In this document: piece by piece, positions 9,401 to 18,106 of the stretch
How the letters are laid out: every line of letters begins with the position of its first letter
Position numbering within the stretch: position 1 is the stretch's first letter
NCBI GenBank assembly: GCA_035551775.1
Contig: DASZMQ010000014.1
Coordinates: 523,403-587,402 of the forward strand
Reading direction: 5' to 3'
DNA length: 64,000 nucleotides
From: Mucilaginibacter sp.
GTDB lineage: Bacteria; Bacteroidota; Bacteroidia; Sphingobacteriales; Sphingobacteriaceae
Translations under genes and position numbers: made by a program
The notes under the pieces: model-generated
Told to the model about the DNA's origin: nothing
Database searches by the model: none
Seen by the model: the letters and a program-made list of their open reading frames with translations, nothing else

Positions 9401-9662
9401 GGCCGGCGATATTCTTCGTTTCGATGCTTTTCACCCCGGAAACATATAGCAACAGGTTGACATACGGTTTACCGAAATAAGCCTCCATCTGGTTCGGGGT
9501 GAAACCGCCATAGGGGTGCGATATATAGATAACGGGCAGGTCGAGATTTGGGAAGATATCGATCTTGATCGTCCGCACCGCGTTTATACCGAAAAAAAAC
9601 AGGCCCGCAACAATCACCAGCACGGTGATCGGCCTGCGAAGAGCCCCTTTGATTAGTCCCAT
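6408..9662 (-). CDS. Efflux RND transporter permease (AcrB/AcrD/AcrF superfamily)
   Basis: 1084 aa with the 12-TM RND architecture. N-terminus MGLIKGALRRPITVLV... and two large periplasmic loops. Confidence 0.9.
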   Translation of the reverse strand: MGLIKGALRRPITVLVIVAGLFFFGINAVRTIKIDIFPNLDLPVIYISHPYGGFTPNQMEAYFGKPYVNLLLYVSGVKSIETKNIAGLTIIKLTFYQGTNMAQAAAEVTSYITRAQAIFPPGSQPPFIIRFDASTLPVGQLVLSSPKRSNNELMDMANVYVRAQFTSVPGLVSPAPFGGNVRTVVIKADPELMRAHSITPDQLVTAIRDNNQNTPAGNVRIGDYNYLTPANTTEKNISDFGDIPLIKNGVQTVFIKDVASVEDAADITTGSALVNGKRSVYLPITKSADASTWEVVQNLKKAIPKFQSVLPPDVKLSYVFDQSVYVINSVKSLAEEGAIGAVLTGLMVLLFLGDRRGALIVILTIPTCIISGIFFLSLFHQTINIMTLSGLSLAIGILVDESTVTIENIHQHFDMGKPKALAIWDACKEIAFPKLLILFCILAVFAPAFTMSGIPGALFLPLSLAIGFSMITSYMLAQTFVPVMANWVMKNKHEDKSHKDGFALEDEGAAWEQKELAIKNAMGGSTDHKQTRFDKFRLRFLSWIDWMMPRRIFWVSFYVLTALGFAFVMFSIIGRDVLPKVNSGSFQVRMRAPDGTRYERTELITLDAIHEVEKLVGRENIDVTSAMVGMHPGQFSTSPLYLFMAGPQEAVLQVNLREGYKVDLDDLKERLRAAMKRIRPSVQLSFEPIELTDKVLSQGSPTPVEVAIIGKNKPENVIYAIKVVNRLKKIPYLRDVQVGQSFRYPAIDIDIDRARVAQLGLSMNDISRSLISSTSSSRYIEKNIWLDEKAGLGYGVQVQVPEYEMSSINAIREIPITPNQPRPVLGDVAQIKQDTTYGEDDDVGSLPMLTVTANINKMDLGTATSDVNKALKDMGEPPRGMTVQPRGMSTTLTDTLDSLQTGLIVAVLVIFLMLAANFQSFKLSLVVLSTVPAVLAGSLLLVKLTGATLNLQSYMGMIMSVGVSISNAVLLVTNAEELRKHNGDALKSAREAVALRMRPILMTALAMIVGMIPMASGLGEGGGQTAPLGRAVIGGLLASTFAALLILPLVFAWVQGKTTIQSVSLDPEDKESKYYVPVHHNEHH

Positions 9663-9672
9663 TTATACTTTA

Positions 9673-11073
9673 TTAAAAATTATTTATAAAAATCCCGAAA
9701 TCGCCAACCGAAGCCGATTTGTACAAAAGCGCCTGCCACAAATTATTGTAAGCAATATCCTTATCAATCTCGGCACGGTTCAGCGTGTAAAGCGCCTGTG
9801 TCAGGTCGACGATGTTTGCGAGGCCGTTCTTATACAAAGTGTATTTCTGCAAATAAGCATCCGAAGCCGCCTTCACTTCCACGGGCACTTCACGATAGTT
9901 TTTGAGCGCGCTGGCTATCCTGGTTTCGGCTAATGAAGCCTGGTCGTGCAGTTGCTGGCTTACCAATTCATATTCATTGCGATACTGTTCCGAAGTGAAT
10001 TTTTGCGCTTTTACCGAATTGCTGACCCTGAAAAGATTCGTAAAATCCCAGGTTACACCTATTCCCAGCAAGTAATTGAAGCGGGTTGGGTCGACCCCTG
10101 TACCGTAGCCCGATGTATAGGCGCTTTGATCAAGCGAATAAGCCGAACCAAAGCCTGAGCCCCTGCCCTGGTAAACGCCAAAGAAAGTAAATGTAGGATA
10201 GTTGAAAGTGTTCAGGTATTTGGCCTGTTCGTCGCTCACGCCGATGCGGTTGCGGTAGAACTTCAATATAGGATGATCGTCGAGATTTAAAGATGGTTGT
10301 ATTTCCGCATTAGCCGGGGCCTTGCTTACAAAAACGCTGTCGAGCTCGAAGGTCTGGTGCGGTAAACCAAGGTATAAAGCCAGCTGGTTGCTTTGATCCA
10401 GTACCGTTTGTTGGGCATTGGTCAGCGCGATGCGGGCATTAGATACTTCGGCATTGGCCTGTGATGAATCAACGCCTGGATTCAATCCATTTTTCACCCG
10501 GGCCACTACAACCTTTTGCAAATCGATCGTCCGGTTCAGGTTGTCCTGCTGTGCTTTGGCCAATTGCTGGGCGGCGAGCAGATCGAGATAGGCTGCCGCT
10601 ACACGCACCTGGTGCTGGAACTGTTCCTGCGCCAGATCAGTCTCATCGCGGTTCACAACGGTCTTTTGCACTTTTACTTTTTCAACCGCACGGCCGAAAG
10701 CAAAGAAATCCCAGTTGACATTCGCCAGGTATAAAGCGCCAAAGCCGGCGTTCCAATTCTGATTAGCCAGTATAGGGCCTGATGAAGCCACGCCAAGCCC
10801 CTTATAACCGTAAGACGGGCCAAACTGGCTGTTCACGGTGCCGTAGGCCTGCTGTGCCGACAGGCTCAGATCGGGCAGGTATTCGTTTTTAGTTTCAGTC
10901 AAAAAGGCTTTTGATGCGTTCAACTGGTTCATTTTCGCCTTGATGGAAGCGTAGTTTGACAGGGCCATCTGCTCCGCATCTTTCATTGTGAGCACTTTTT
11001 GCTGGGCATTAGCATTACAACACAAGATCAGCAAGAAACCCGCAAAAAAGTACTTAAAAGATGCCTTTAACAT
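9673..11073 (-). CDS. TolC-family outer membrane efflux protein
   Basis: Signal peptide from MLKASFKYFFAGFLLILCCNANAQQ (ATG at complement of 11071-11073). Duplicated OEP repeats. The track ORF extends to 11121, which is probably an over-extension. Confidence 0.85.
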   Translation of the reverse strand: MLKASFKYFFAGFLLILCCNANAQQKVLTMKDAEQMALSNYASIKAKMNQLNASKAFLTETKNEYLPDLSLSAQQAYGTVNSQFGPSYGYKGLGVASSGPILANQNWNAGFGALYLANVNWDFFAFGRAVEKVKVQKTVVNRDETDLAQEQFQHQVRVAAAYLDLLAAQQLAKAQQDNLNRTIDLQKVVVARVKNGLNPGVDSSQANAEVSNARIALTNAQQTVLDQSNQLALYLGLPHQTFELDSVFVSKAPANAEIQPSLNLDDHPILKFYRNRIGVSDEQAKYLNTFNYPTFTFFGVYQGRGSGFGSAYSLDQSAYTSGYGTGVDPTRFNYLLGIGVTWDFTNLFRVSNSVKAQKFTSEQYRNEYELVSQQLHDQASLAETRIASALKNYREVPVEVKAASDAYLQKYTLYKNGLANIVDLTQALYTLNRAEIDKDIAYNNLWQALLYKSASVGDFGIFINNF

Positions 11074-11276
11074 AGATGTGTATTTTGGACACGACAAAAG
11101 TATAATTCTATGGCTGAACATTTACTGACGTAAAAGTATCAAGGCTGTTACCCGACACGCTCCATTGACGGCTGATATGTCCGCAAACAACTTACAATCC
11201 GTCATTAAATATCTGAAAATGGCTTAAAAAACATTAAAAAGCGTACTTTGGCGTTTGTATCCCCAAATCATCTGCG

Positions 11277-12500
11277 ATGCCCCGCGTACAATTAAGCCTG
11301 CTTGTTGTTTTACTTTTGATTGACATTTCTGCCGGGGCACAACAAACCGCAAAGCCCTTCCCGCAACACGTACTATACCATAAAGGTACAATAAAACCCG
11401 ATCATATCTCACAGCAACGATTAGATGGCCTGACACTGGCTTTTTACCGTCAATGGCAAAAACGATATGTGAAACCTGCTTGCAAACCCGGCGAATATTA
11501 TATATGGTTTGAAACAAAAGGCAACAAACAATGCGTTTCCGAAGGGCAGGGTTATGGGATGATCATCACAGTGCTGATGGCGGGCGCCGATCAAGGCGCC
11601 AAACCTATCTACGATGGGCTTTTCAATTTTTATAAAGATCACCGGAACAACCACAAATACCTGATGGCCTGGGCGCAGGATAAAAATTGCAAAAGTATCG
11701 ATCCAAGTTCGGCTACAGATGGGGATATGGACATTGCCTACTCACTTTTGCTGGCAAACAAGCAATGGGGCAGCAAGGGAACGATAAATTATTTGAAAGC
11801 AGCGCAAAACATGATCGGAGCGATCATGAAGTATGAGATCAATCCGAAAACTTACTCTATCATCCTAAGCGACGCGGTTGAGCATGACAGCAGGGATTAT
11901 TTTGATACGAGAAGCTCGGATTTTATGCCCGATCATTTCAAAGCTTTTGAAAAGGTAACGAGCGATGAACGCTGGAAGAAGGTGACTGACGATAGTTACA
12001 GTTTGTTCAGACACATGGAAGAAACTTATAGTCCTGATGCAGGATTGATCCCTGATTTTATCGTCGATATCAATAAGAAAGCCAAACCAGCCAAACCTCA
12101 TTTCCTCGAGTCTAAATATGACGGTTATTACAACTATAACGCCTGCCGTGTGCCCTGGCGCATTGCTACAGATTATCTTTTAACAGGCGATCCCAGAGCT
12201 AAAGCGATCAACGATAAGATCAATCGCTGGATACGCGAAACTACCAAAGGCAACCCGGATAATATTTCGGCAGGCTATACCCTGGAGGGTAATGACATTA
12301 GGGGTCGATATTTTGAGGCACTGAGCTTTATAGGCCCGTTCGCGGTTTCAGCCATGGTCGACCAAAAGGATCAGCAATGGCTTAACAGCGTTTGGGATTA
12401 CCTGGTGCATTTTAAGCTGAAGGATTATGATTATTATGATAACAGTATTAAGCTGCTGGATATGATCGTCCTTTCGGGGAATTATTGGGAGGCTAATTGA
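11277..12500 (+). CDS. Glycoside hydrolase family 8 (endoglucanase/chitosanase-type)
   Basis: ATDGDMDIAYSLLLANKQW fits the GH8 signature A-[ST]-D-[AG]-D-x2-[IM]-A. The catalytic-region segment VSEGQGYGM is also present. Signal peptide present. Confidence 0.85.
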   Translation: MPRVQLSLLVVLLLIDISAGAQQTAKPFPQHVLYHKGTIKPDHISQQRLDGLTLAFYRQWQKRYVKPACKPGEYYIWFETKGNKQCVSEGQGYGMIITVLMAGADQGAKPIYDGLFNFYKDHRNNHKYLMAWAQDKNCKSIDPSSATDGDMDIAYSLLLANKQWGSKGTINYLKAAQNMIGAIMKYEINPKTYSIILSDAVEHDSRDYFDTRSSDFMPDHFKAFEKVTSDERWKKVTDDSYSLFRHMEETYSPDAGLIPDFIVDINKKAKPAKPHFLESKYDGYYNYNACRVPWRIATDYLLTGDPRAKAINDKINRWIRETTKGNPDNISAGYTLEGNDIRGRYFEALSFIGPFAVSAMVDQKDQQWLNSVWDYLVHFKLKDYDYYDNSIKLLDMIVLSGNYWEAN

Positions 12501-12508
12501 TAAATTGC

Positions 12509-12516
12509 TATATTTG
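12509..12516 (+). promoter_or_regulatory. Candidate -7 box TATATTTG
   Basis: Exact TAnnTTTG, 16 nt upstream of the ATG at 12533. Confidence 0.4.
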
Positions 12517-12532
12517 AATACAACCCGGCGTT

Positions 12533-13573
12533 ATGAAACCTTATTTGCTCTTATTTTCACTTTGCTTTATTACTGCTTCAGGCTGTAAAAAATCCAGTCC
12601 TATAAATCCTGGTACCGGCCCGGATGTCTATGTATCAGGCTACGTTACATACCATTCAGGCTTAAACGCGGCTGCTTACTGGAAAAATGGAACGGCCATT
12701 TTGTTGGCGGGTGCGTCGCTTTATTCGAATGCACAAGCGATTTCGGTACAGGGAAATACGATATACGCGGCCGGTTATACAACTGCCGGCAATGGGAAAC
12801 CTGTTGCAACGGTCTGGAAGAATAACGTCGCCACCAAACTTACAGATACTTTGTACAATTCTGTTGCGAACGCAATGTTTGTAAATGGCTCTGATGTATA
12901 TGTTGCCGGCGACATACTGGGTGCCGATGGCTATTGGACACCGCATTACTGGAAGAATGGTGTCGATGTGCCTCTTCCGACAAACGGCAGCAAAGCATAT
13001 GCATCGGCACGCTGCATATTTGTAAACGGCCAGGACATCTATGTCGGCGGTCACGCAAGTATCGATGGAACTTCACAAGAAGCAACGTTTTGGAAAAATG
13101 GGATTGAAACGATATTGACCCAATATACTTCCAACTCTTCAGTAGAGGCTGTAGCTATTGCCGACAATAACGTCTACCTGGCAGGCGTAATAAATATTGC
13201 CGGGTACAATTCCGCGATATACTGGAAGAACGGCACCGCAAATAATATTTCTGTGGCAAACACGGTTGCGTCGGCAAGCGGATTGAAAATATCGGGAAAT
13301 CACATTTTTGTTGCCGGCGTTGAAGAAAACCTGCAAACAACCGTCAATGGACAACATCTTATCTATTGGAAAAATGATCCCGCGGCAGTTCCGCTGGTCG
13401 ATTTTGATCAAAATGCTGCTCACGCCGACCAAACCGGCGGAATAGATGTTTTCAATGCAGACACATACGTAGCGGGGGCGACAGGCGGCAAATCAGCTTG
13501 CTACTGGAAAAACGGCAATTCGGTCGTCCTGGGTGACGGTGTCGGACATGGTATCGCGGTTGTCGGACATTAG
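12533..13573 (+). CDS. Lipoprotein built of seven WKN(G) repeats (probable 7-bladed beta-propeller), function unknown
   Basis: Lipobox ITASGC. Seven units spaced 45-50 aa apart contain YWKNG/VWKNN/FWKNG/YWKND, each preceded by xxYVAG/IYAAG/VYLAG. Confidence 0.7.
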   Translation: MKPYLLLFSLCFITASGCKKSSPINPGTGPDVYVSGYVTYHSGLNAAAYWKNGTAILLAGASLYSNAQAISVQGNTIYAAGYTTAGNGKPVATVWKNNVATKLTDTLYNSVANAMFVNGSDVYVAGDILGADGYWTPHYWKNGVDVPLPTNGSKAYASARCIFVNGQDIYVGGHASIDGTSQEATFWKNGIETILTQYTSNSSVEAVAIADNNVYLAGVINIAGYNSAIYWKNGTANNISVANTVASASGLKISGNHIFVAGVEENLQTTVNGQHLIYWKNDPAAVPLVDFDQNAAHADQTGGIDVFNADTYVAGATGGKSACYWKNGNSVVLGDGVGHGIAVVGH

Positions 13574-13580
13574 ATCGCCT

Positions 13581-14843
13581 TTACAATAGTTTCTTCGCCA
13601 CCTCCAGCCCACTGCTCAGCGCTGCCTCCACCGTACCCATGGAAGGGCCTTCATAGGTAAACTCGCCTGCAAAATAGAGCTTATCATCAATGGGCTTTAA
13701 AAGAACTTCCCTGGCCGACCGCGATTCAAGGGTGTCGTAAACGTAAGATCCCAATGTAAAAGGATCATTCGTCCAGTTGGCCACCTTCCAGGCAACGAGG
13801 TTATTTTTTATATGAGCTTCTGTTTTAGAGAAAATTTTTGCCAGAGATCTGACCCCTTCCTGTACAAATTGTTCGTCGGTCAAATGCTTCTTCCTTTCGG
13901 CCGGAAGTCCGCCAAGCCAGCCAGTAAGCACGTTGGAATGTGTAGGATATTGCGTCCACCAGGTAGGAATTTGTTCGTCCGACATGACGAAGCCCATATG
14001 CATCCGCTCGTCTTTCTCCCAAAAGGCATCTTTGAATTCGAACAATATCTTAACTATCGCGCCGAAACCAATTTGCTGAAAGGCTTGTTCGTAGCTCTTC
14101 AGGGATGGTTTGAACATTACCGCGCCGGCTTGTAATACGCCTAAAGGAAGGGCCACAATCACTTTTTTTGCCTGGTGGATATTCCCGTCATCCAAAATAA
14201 CTTTGACCTCGTCTGAGCTCCGGTCAATTTGTTTTACAACCGAATTCAGGTGAAATTCCGCGCCATGAAATTGGCTTTCATTGGCCATGTGCTCCATCAG
14301 CCTACCATAACCCCCTGCAATTCTGTATTGCGCATCATCGTCTTCGTTTCCCCATTCGTCGCGTAAAGCGAATGTGCTGGCTCGTGCCGGATCGGCCGTA
14401 TCATAGCCCGAGGTAAAACGAACGACCCAACTCCTCAGCTGGTCATATTTCGCTTCGCTGAAGTACCGTTTGAGAAAATCAGCAATGGTCATGTCCTCTT
14501 TCAGGTCATTGAACCTTTGCATCAGCTCGCCCCAGCCAGGCATATTCCATGAATTACGCGAAAGCTTACCATCTTGGTAACGCCACATTTCGCCTGCGGT
14601 AGAAATATATTCCAGGCCGGATCCCTGCATCAGCCGCATTGTCACCGGCAGGCTGCCATGGACAAATTCGGCGCCCAGCTCGGCATGTTTAAAAGGAAAT
14701 TGATTATCGAGCGTGTGGATACGGCCGCCTATCCTGTCGCGGGCCTCCAGTACGGCAACTTTCTTACCGGCTTTTGAAAGCGCATAGGCAGCCATAAGCC
14801 CTGCTGCGCCGGCGCCGATGATCAGGATATCAGGATTTGACAT
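13581..14843 (-). CDS. Flavin-containing amine oxidase family oxidoreductase
   Basis: N-terminal FAD dinucleotide fold ILIIGAGAAGLMAAYALSKAGKKVAVLEARDRIGGRI. C-terminal FAGEFT motif typical of amine oxidases. Confidence 0.85.
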   Translation of the reverse strand: MSNPDILIIGAGAAGLMAAYALSKAGKKVAVLEARDRIGGRIHTLDNQFPFKHAELGAEFVHGSLPVTMRLMQGSGLEYISTAGEMWRYQDGKLSRNSWNMPGWGELMQRFNDLKEDMTIADFLKRYFSEAKYDQLRSWVVRFTSGYDTADPARASTFALRDEWGNEDDDAQYRIAGGYGRLMEHMANESQFHGAEFHLNSVVKQIDRSSDEVKVILDDGNIHQAKKVIVALPLGVLQAGAVMFKPSLKSYEQAFQQIGFGAIVKILFEFKDAFWEKDERMHMGFVMSDEQIPTWWTQYPTHSNVLTGWLGGLPAERKKHLTDEQFVQEGVRSLAKIFSKTEAHIKNNLVAWKVANWTNDPFTLGSYVYDTLESRSAREVLLKPIDDKLYFAGEFTYEGPSMGTVEAALSSGLEVAKKLL

Positions 14844-15246
14844 TCGCAGGCAAGATAGCCAGTAAATCAGCCTTACGCAAGTTTATGAAATACGAAAGCC
14901 CTGTTTTACCAGGGCTTCCGCTATAGAGTTGATTGATTGAATTGTTGTGGTAATAACTCATAAGCTGATTGGTTTGTTTTCAATGTATAACATAAATATT
15001 ACAGAGAACCATTTAGCAGGCGGTTATATTCGCGTACCTGTAATTAAATACGTTAATTAGCAGACCTGTCTCGCTTATACCCCTATTATAGACACGTTAA
15101 CTAACCTTTTCGTCGATATTTTCGGGCTATATGTCTATCAGATTTATTTAAGCGACAAAAAAGACGTTGTTTTAAACGGCCAGGCAGCGAAAATGCGGTT
15201 ATTACCGTAATCATTTAATGCCGGACTTATTGCTAACTGTTACCTA

Positions 15247-16482
15247 ATGTTGAAAAACAAATTGTTCAGGTTCGGGATATTTGTTATCCCACTCGCTTTT
15301 GTTTTTTCGCAATGTTTCAACCTGAAAAAGAAGGAGGATCCGCGCGGGAAACAATACGCCGGTTCTGCCACCTGCATCAATTGTCATAAGGACATTTACA
15401 GCTCATACCTGCATACCGCTCACTTTATGGCCTCGAGCCCCGCCGACAGTAATACGGTGCAGGGCAGTTTTGCTAAAGACTCAAGCGAATTCGTTTTCAA
15501 CCCGCATACCAAAGTTGTGATGGATAAACGCAAAAGCGGGGCTTACCAGGTGACTTATGTCGATGGTAAATCGACCCAGGCCGAGCGTTTTGACATCACT
15601 TTTGGCGGCATCAAGGGGCAAACCTATGCCTATTGGTACGCCAATGAACTATTTCAGCTTCCGATATCCTATGTTGACAATGCGCACCAATGGGTCAATA
15701 GTCCGGGCTATAATCCCGATGAACCCGACTATGAGCGTATGATCACCTCGCAGTGCCTCGGTTGCCACATGTCGTACGCTAAGGTAGAACCGGGTAAGCT
15801 GCCCATTTTCTCTTCGCATCCCGAAGGGTTTGACAGGAACAGTATTATCTACAATATCGATTGCGAAAGGTGCCACGGCCCCGCAGCAGAACATGTTAAG
15901 TTTCATATGGAAAATCCCATGGTGAAACAAGCCAAATACATTGCCACTTATAAATCATTGACCCGCGAGCAAAAGATCAACATGTGCGCCGTATGCCATT
16001 CCGGGGCGAACAGCATCACGGTAAAGCCGACTTTCGGCTTTAAACCGGGTGATACGCTAAGCAACTATATGAAAATCCCGCCTGAAAACCTTTCTGTAAA
16101 TTATAGGGACATAGATGTACATGGCAATCAGCGGGGCATGCTGGCAACTAGTAAGTGTTTCATGATGAGCACGATGGATTGCGCCACCTGCCATGATACG
16201 CATCATAATGAGCGAAGCGACACTATATTATACGCTACGCGTTGCTTAACCTGCCATAACAATGCTACTGCCCATCAATGCAAACTTAGCAACCAGCTAA
16301 ACGCAACATTATTGAAAAACAATTGCATATCCTGCCATATGCCGGCATCGCCGTCAAAACTAATCGTAGCAGGCAAATCTGGCGCCATGGTTCATACGCA
16401 TCACATCGGTGTATATCCCGAAGAGACGCAAAAAATTCTTGGCTATCTTAAAGTAAAACCGGCTTTAGCGACAGGGCATTAA
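15247..16482 (+). CDS. Heptaheme c-type cytochrome (multiheme, cytochrome c554-like class)
   Basis: Seven CxxCH motifs read in the translation: CINCH, CLGCH, CERCH, CAVCH, CATCH, CLTCH, CISCH. N-terminal signal with a possible lipobox (VFSQC). Confidence 0.85.
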   Translation: MLKNKLFRFGIFVIPLAFVFSQCFNLKKKEDPRGKQYAGSATCINCHKDIYSSYLHTAHFMASSPADSNTVQGSFAKDSSEFVFNPHTKVVMDKRKSGAYQVTYVDGKSTQAERFDITFGGIKGQTYAYWYANELFQLPISYVDNAHQWVNSPGYNPDEPDYERMITSQCLGCHMSYAKVEPGKLPIFSSHPEGFDRNSIIYNIDCERCHGPAAEHVKFHMENPMVKQAKYIATYKSLTREQKINMCAVCHSGANSITVKPTFGFKPGDTLSNYMKIPPENLSVNYRDIDVHGNQRGMLATSKCFMMSTMDCATCHDTHHNERSDTILYATRCLTCHNNATAHQCKLSNQLNATLLKNNCISCHMPASPSKLIVAGKSGAMVHTHHIGVYPEETQKILGYLKVKPALATGH

Positions 16483-16507
16483 AAAAGCCGGCTTTGTACG
16501 GCCGGCT
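16481..16507 (-). terminator. Hairpin AGCCGGC-N8-GCCGGCT shared by two convergent genes, with a U-run on the minus strand
   Basis: Perfect 7-bp GC-rich stem (16486-16492 / 16501-16507). AAAAA at 16481-16485 gives a U-tract for the minus-strand transcript. Confidence 0.55.
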
Positions 16508-16529
16508 CTGTCAAAGGAAATCTTTCTGT

Positions 16530-18092
16530 TTATTTCTTGAAGTTGTTCTCGAGGACTATAAATGGCAAATGCGTATTCCAGAACGGCTTATAACCCCGTT
16601 CAAACATAAAGCCCGCACCGTAATTGCCCAGGATAATGTCGGGTTTGCCATCGCCGTTCACATCGGCTACGTCCATGCACATCCAGCGGCCATATTTACT
16701 TACAGGCACTGCATGCGGTTTAAAGCTCATCGGACCATCCTGTTCAAAGTAAATAAACTCCTCGCCGGGCCTATCCTTCATGTCTGCAAAGAACGCGATA
16801 GTAGCAATATCAAGATCGCCATCGCCGTCAAAGTCGGCTGCGATAGCTTTGGTGCAGCCGTTTATCGGGTAAAAATAAGTTTGCTTAAAGTTCCAGTCGC
16901 CCTCGTTGGTAAATATATATAAACCATGGTAGGGCTTTAATATGCGGGAGTCTTTGTAATTATAACCACAGGTGTAGATCAGGTCTGGCTTACCGTCATG
17001 GTTAAGATCGGCTAACTGGAAGCTCGACGATCCGTAAACCGGCGGGAAACGCAATAGGTTCCGCGAAGTGAAACCGCCTTTTTTATCATTCAGGTAAAGC
17101 CAAAGACCTTCATCACCGCCGCCATAAAGCACCATCACGTCGGGCCAGCCGTCATTGTTAAAATCCCCGGTAATAGCCTGCGCCGCGCCGGGCCTATCCG
17201 AGATATTGCTTTGCGTATAGGTATGATCGGCATTTTGCCTCATCAGGTACACGCCGCCCACATAACGCCCCTGGGCCAGCACGACATAATCGGTCAAACC
17301 ATCCTTGTTAAAATCAGCCTGCACCGTTTGAACCGGTCGCGCAAGGTCTTCCTGTACCAGCTGCGGCTTTTTGGCCCCCGTGTTACCGTTCAAGTCTGCC
17401 TTCATGATCCTGCCGTTAGGAAAGTCCATCGGAACGATCTGCCCGATGCAGGAAAGAATCGCCTGGCGGTTGCCTTTCTCATCGTTCACAAAGTTTGCGC
17501 TCACCGCAGCCGATGGAAGATTTGCTGCTACACGCGGCCTGAGGTTCTTGTCCCACTCATAAAGATCAAGTGTTCCGACATCGGCTGTATACATTTTTTT
17601 TGTAACAGGGTCAACCTGGAGCATAGAAGTGTAAGCGACGTTTTTGTTGCTATCCGGCTTTTTCAGCGTAAAGCCCGCCCAATCATTCAGCAGCGGGGTC
17701 GGAACCTTGGCGCGTTTTAAGCTGTCCGGCGCCACTTTATCGTAATAAGCAGCTATGATCTCCCAGTTTCCGACCGAAACACCCGTCGTATCCGTCGGCT
17801 TTTTATAATAATTTGTAACGCTATAGGTAGATAACCCCAGGTAGTGCGCCATATCCGGCAGGATATGAAACCTCCATACGTCCTTTGTGATCGCATCGGG
17901 CGGCACCAGCTTATGGCAAGAGGTGCAATAGAGTTCAGTCAGGGCTTTGCCATCGGCGATGGTGTCGCCGGTAGGTTTAAAAGAATCCCCTCCTTTTTTG
18001 GTATTACAGCTATTGAACAACACACTTCCCGACACCAGGAATACGAACAGCAATAAATAAGTTGTGAAGAGCCAGGTCTTGTTTAATTTCAT
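16530..18092 (-). CDS. FG-GAP/VCBS repeat protein with N-terminal monoheme cytochrome c motif
   Basis: Signal/lipoprotein N-terminus (..FNSC). A single CTSCH in GKALTELYCTSCHKLVPP. Repeated DxNxDGxxD calcium-type FG-GAP loops (DFNKDGLTD, DFNNDGWPD, DLNHDGKPD, DFDGDGDLD, DVNGDGKPD). Confidence 0.8.
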   Translation of the reverse strand: MKLNKTWLFTTYLLLFVFLVSGSVLFNSCNTKKGGDSFKPTGDTIADGKALTELYCTSCHKLVPPDAITKDVWRFHILPDMAHYLGLSTYSVTNYYKKPTDTTGVSVGNWEIIAAYYDKVAPDSLKRAKVPTPLLNDWAGFTLKKPDSNKNVAYTSMLQVDPVTKKMYTADVGTLDLYEWDKNLRPRVAANLPSAAVSANFVNDEKGNRQAILSCIGQIVPMDFPNGRIMKADLNGNTGAKKPQLVQEDLARPVQTVQADFNKDGLTDYVVLAQGRYVGGVYLMRQNADHTYTQSNISDRPGAAQAITGDFNNDGWPDVMVLYGGGDEGLWLYLNDKKGGFTSRNLLRFPPVYGSSSFQLADLNHDGKPDLIYTCGYNYKDSRILKPYHGLYIFTNEGDWNFKQTYFYPINGCTKAIAADFDGDGDLDIATIAFFADMKDRPGEEFIYFEQDGPMSFKPHAVPVSKYGRWMCMDVADVNGDGKPDIILGNYGAGFMFERGYKPFWNTHLPFIVLENNFKK

Positions 18093-18106
18093 GTCTGATT
18101 GAAGTA

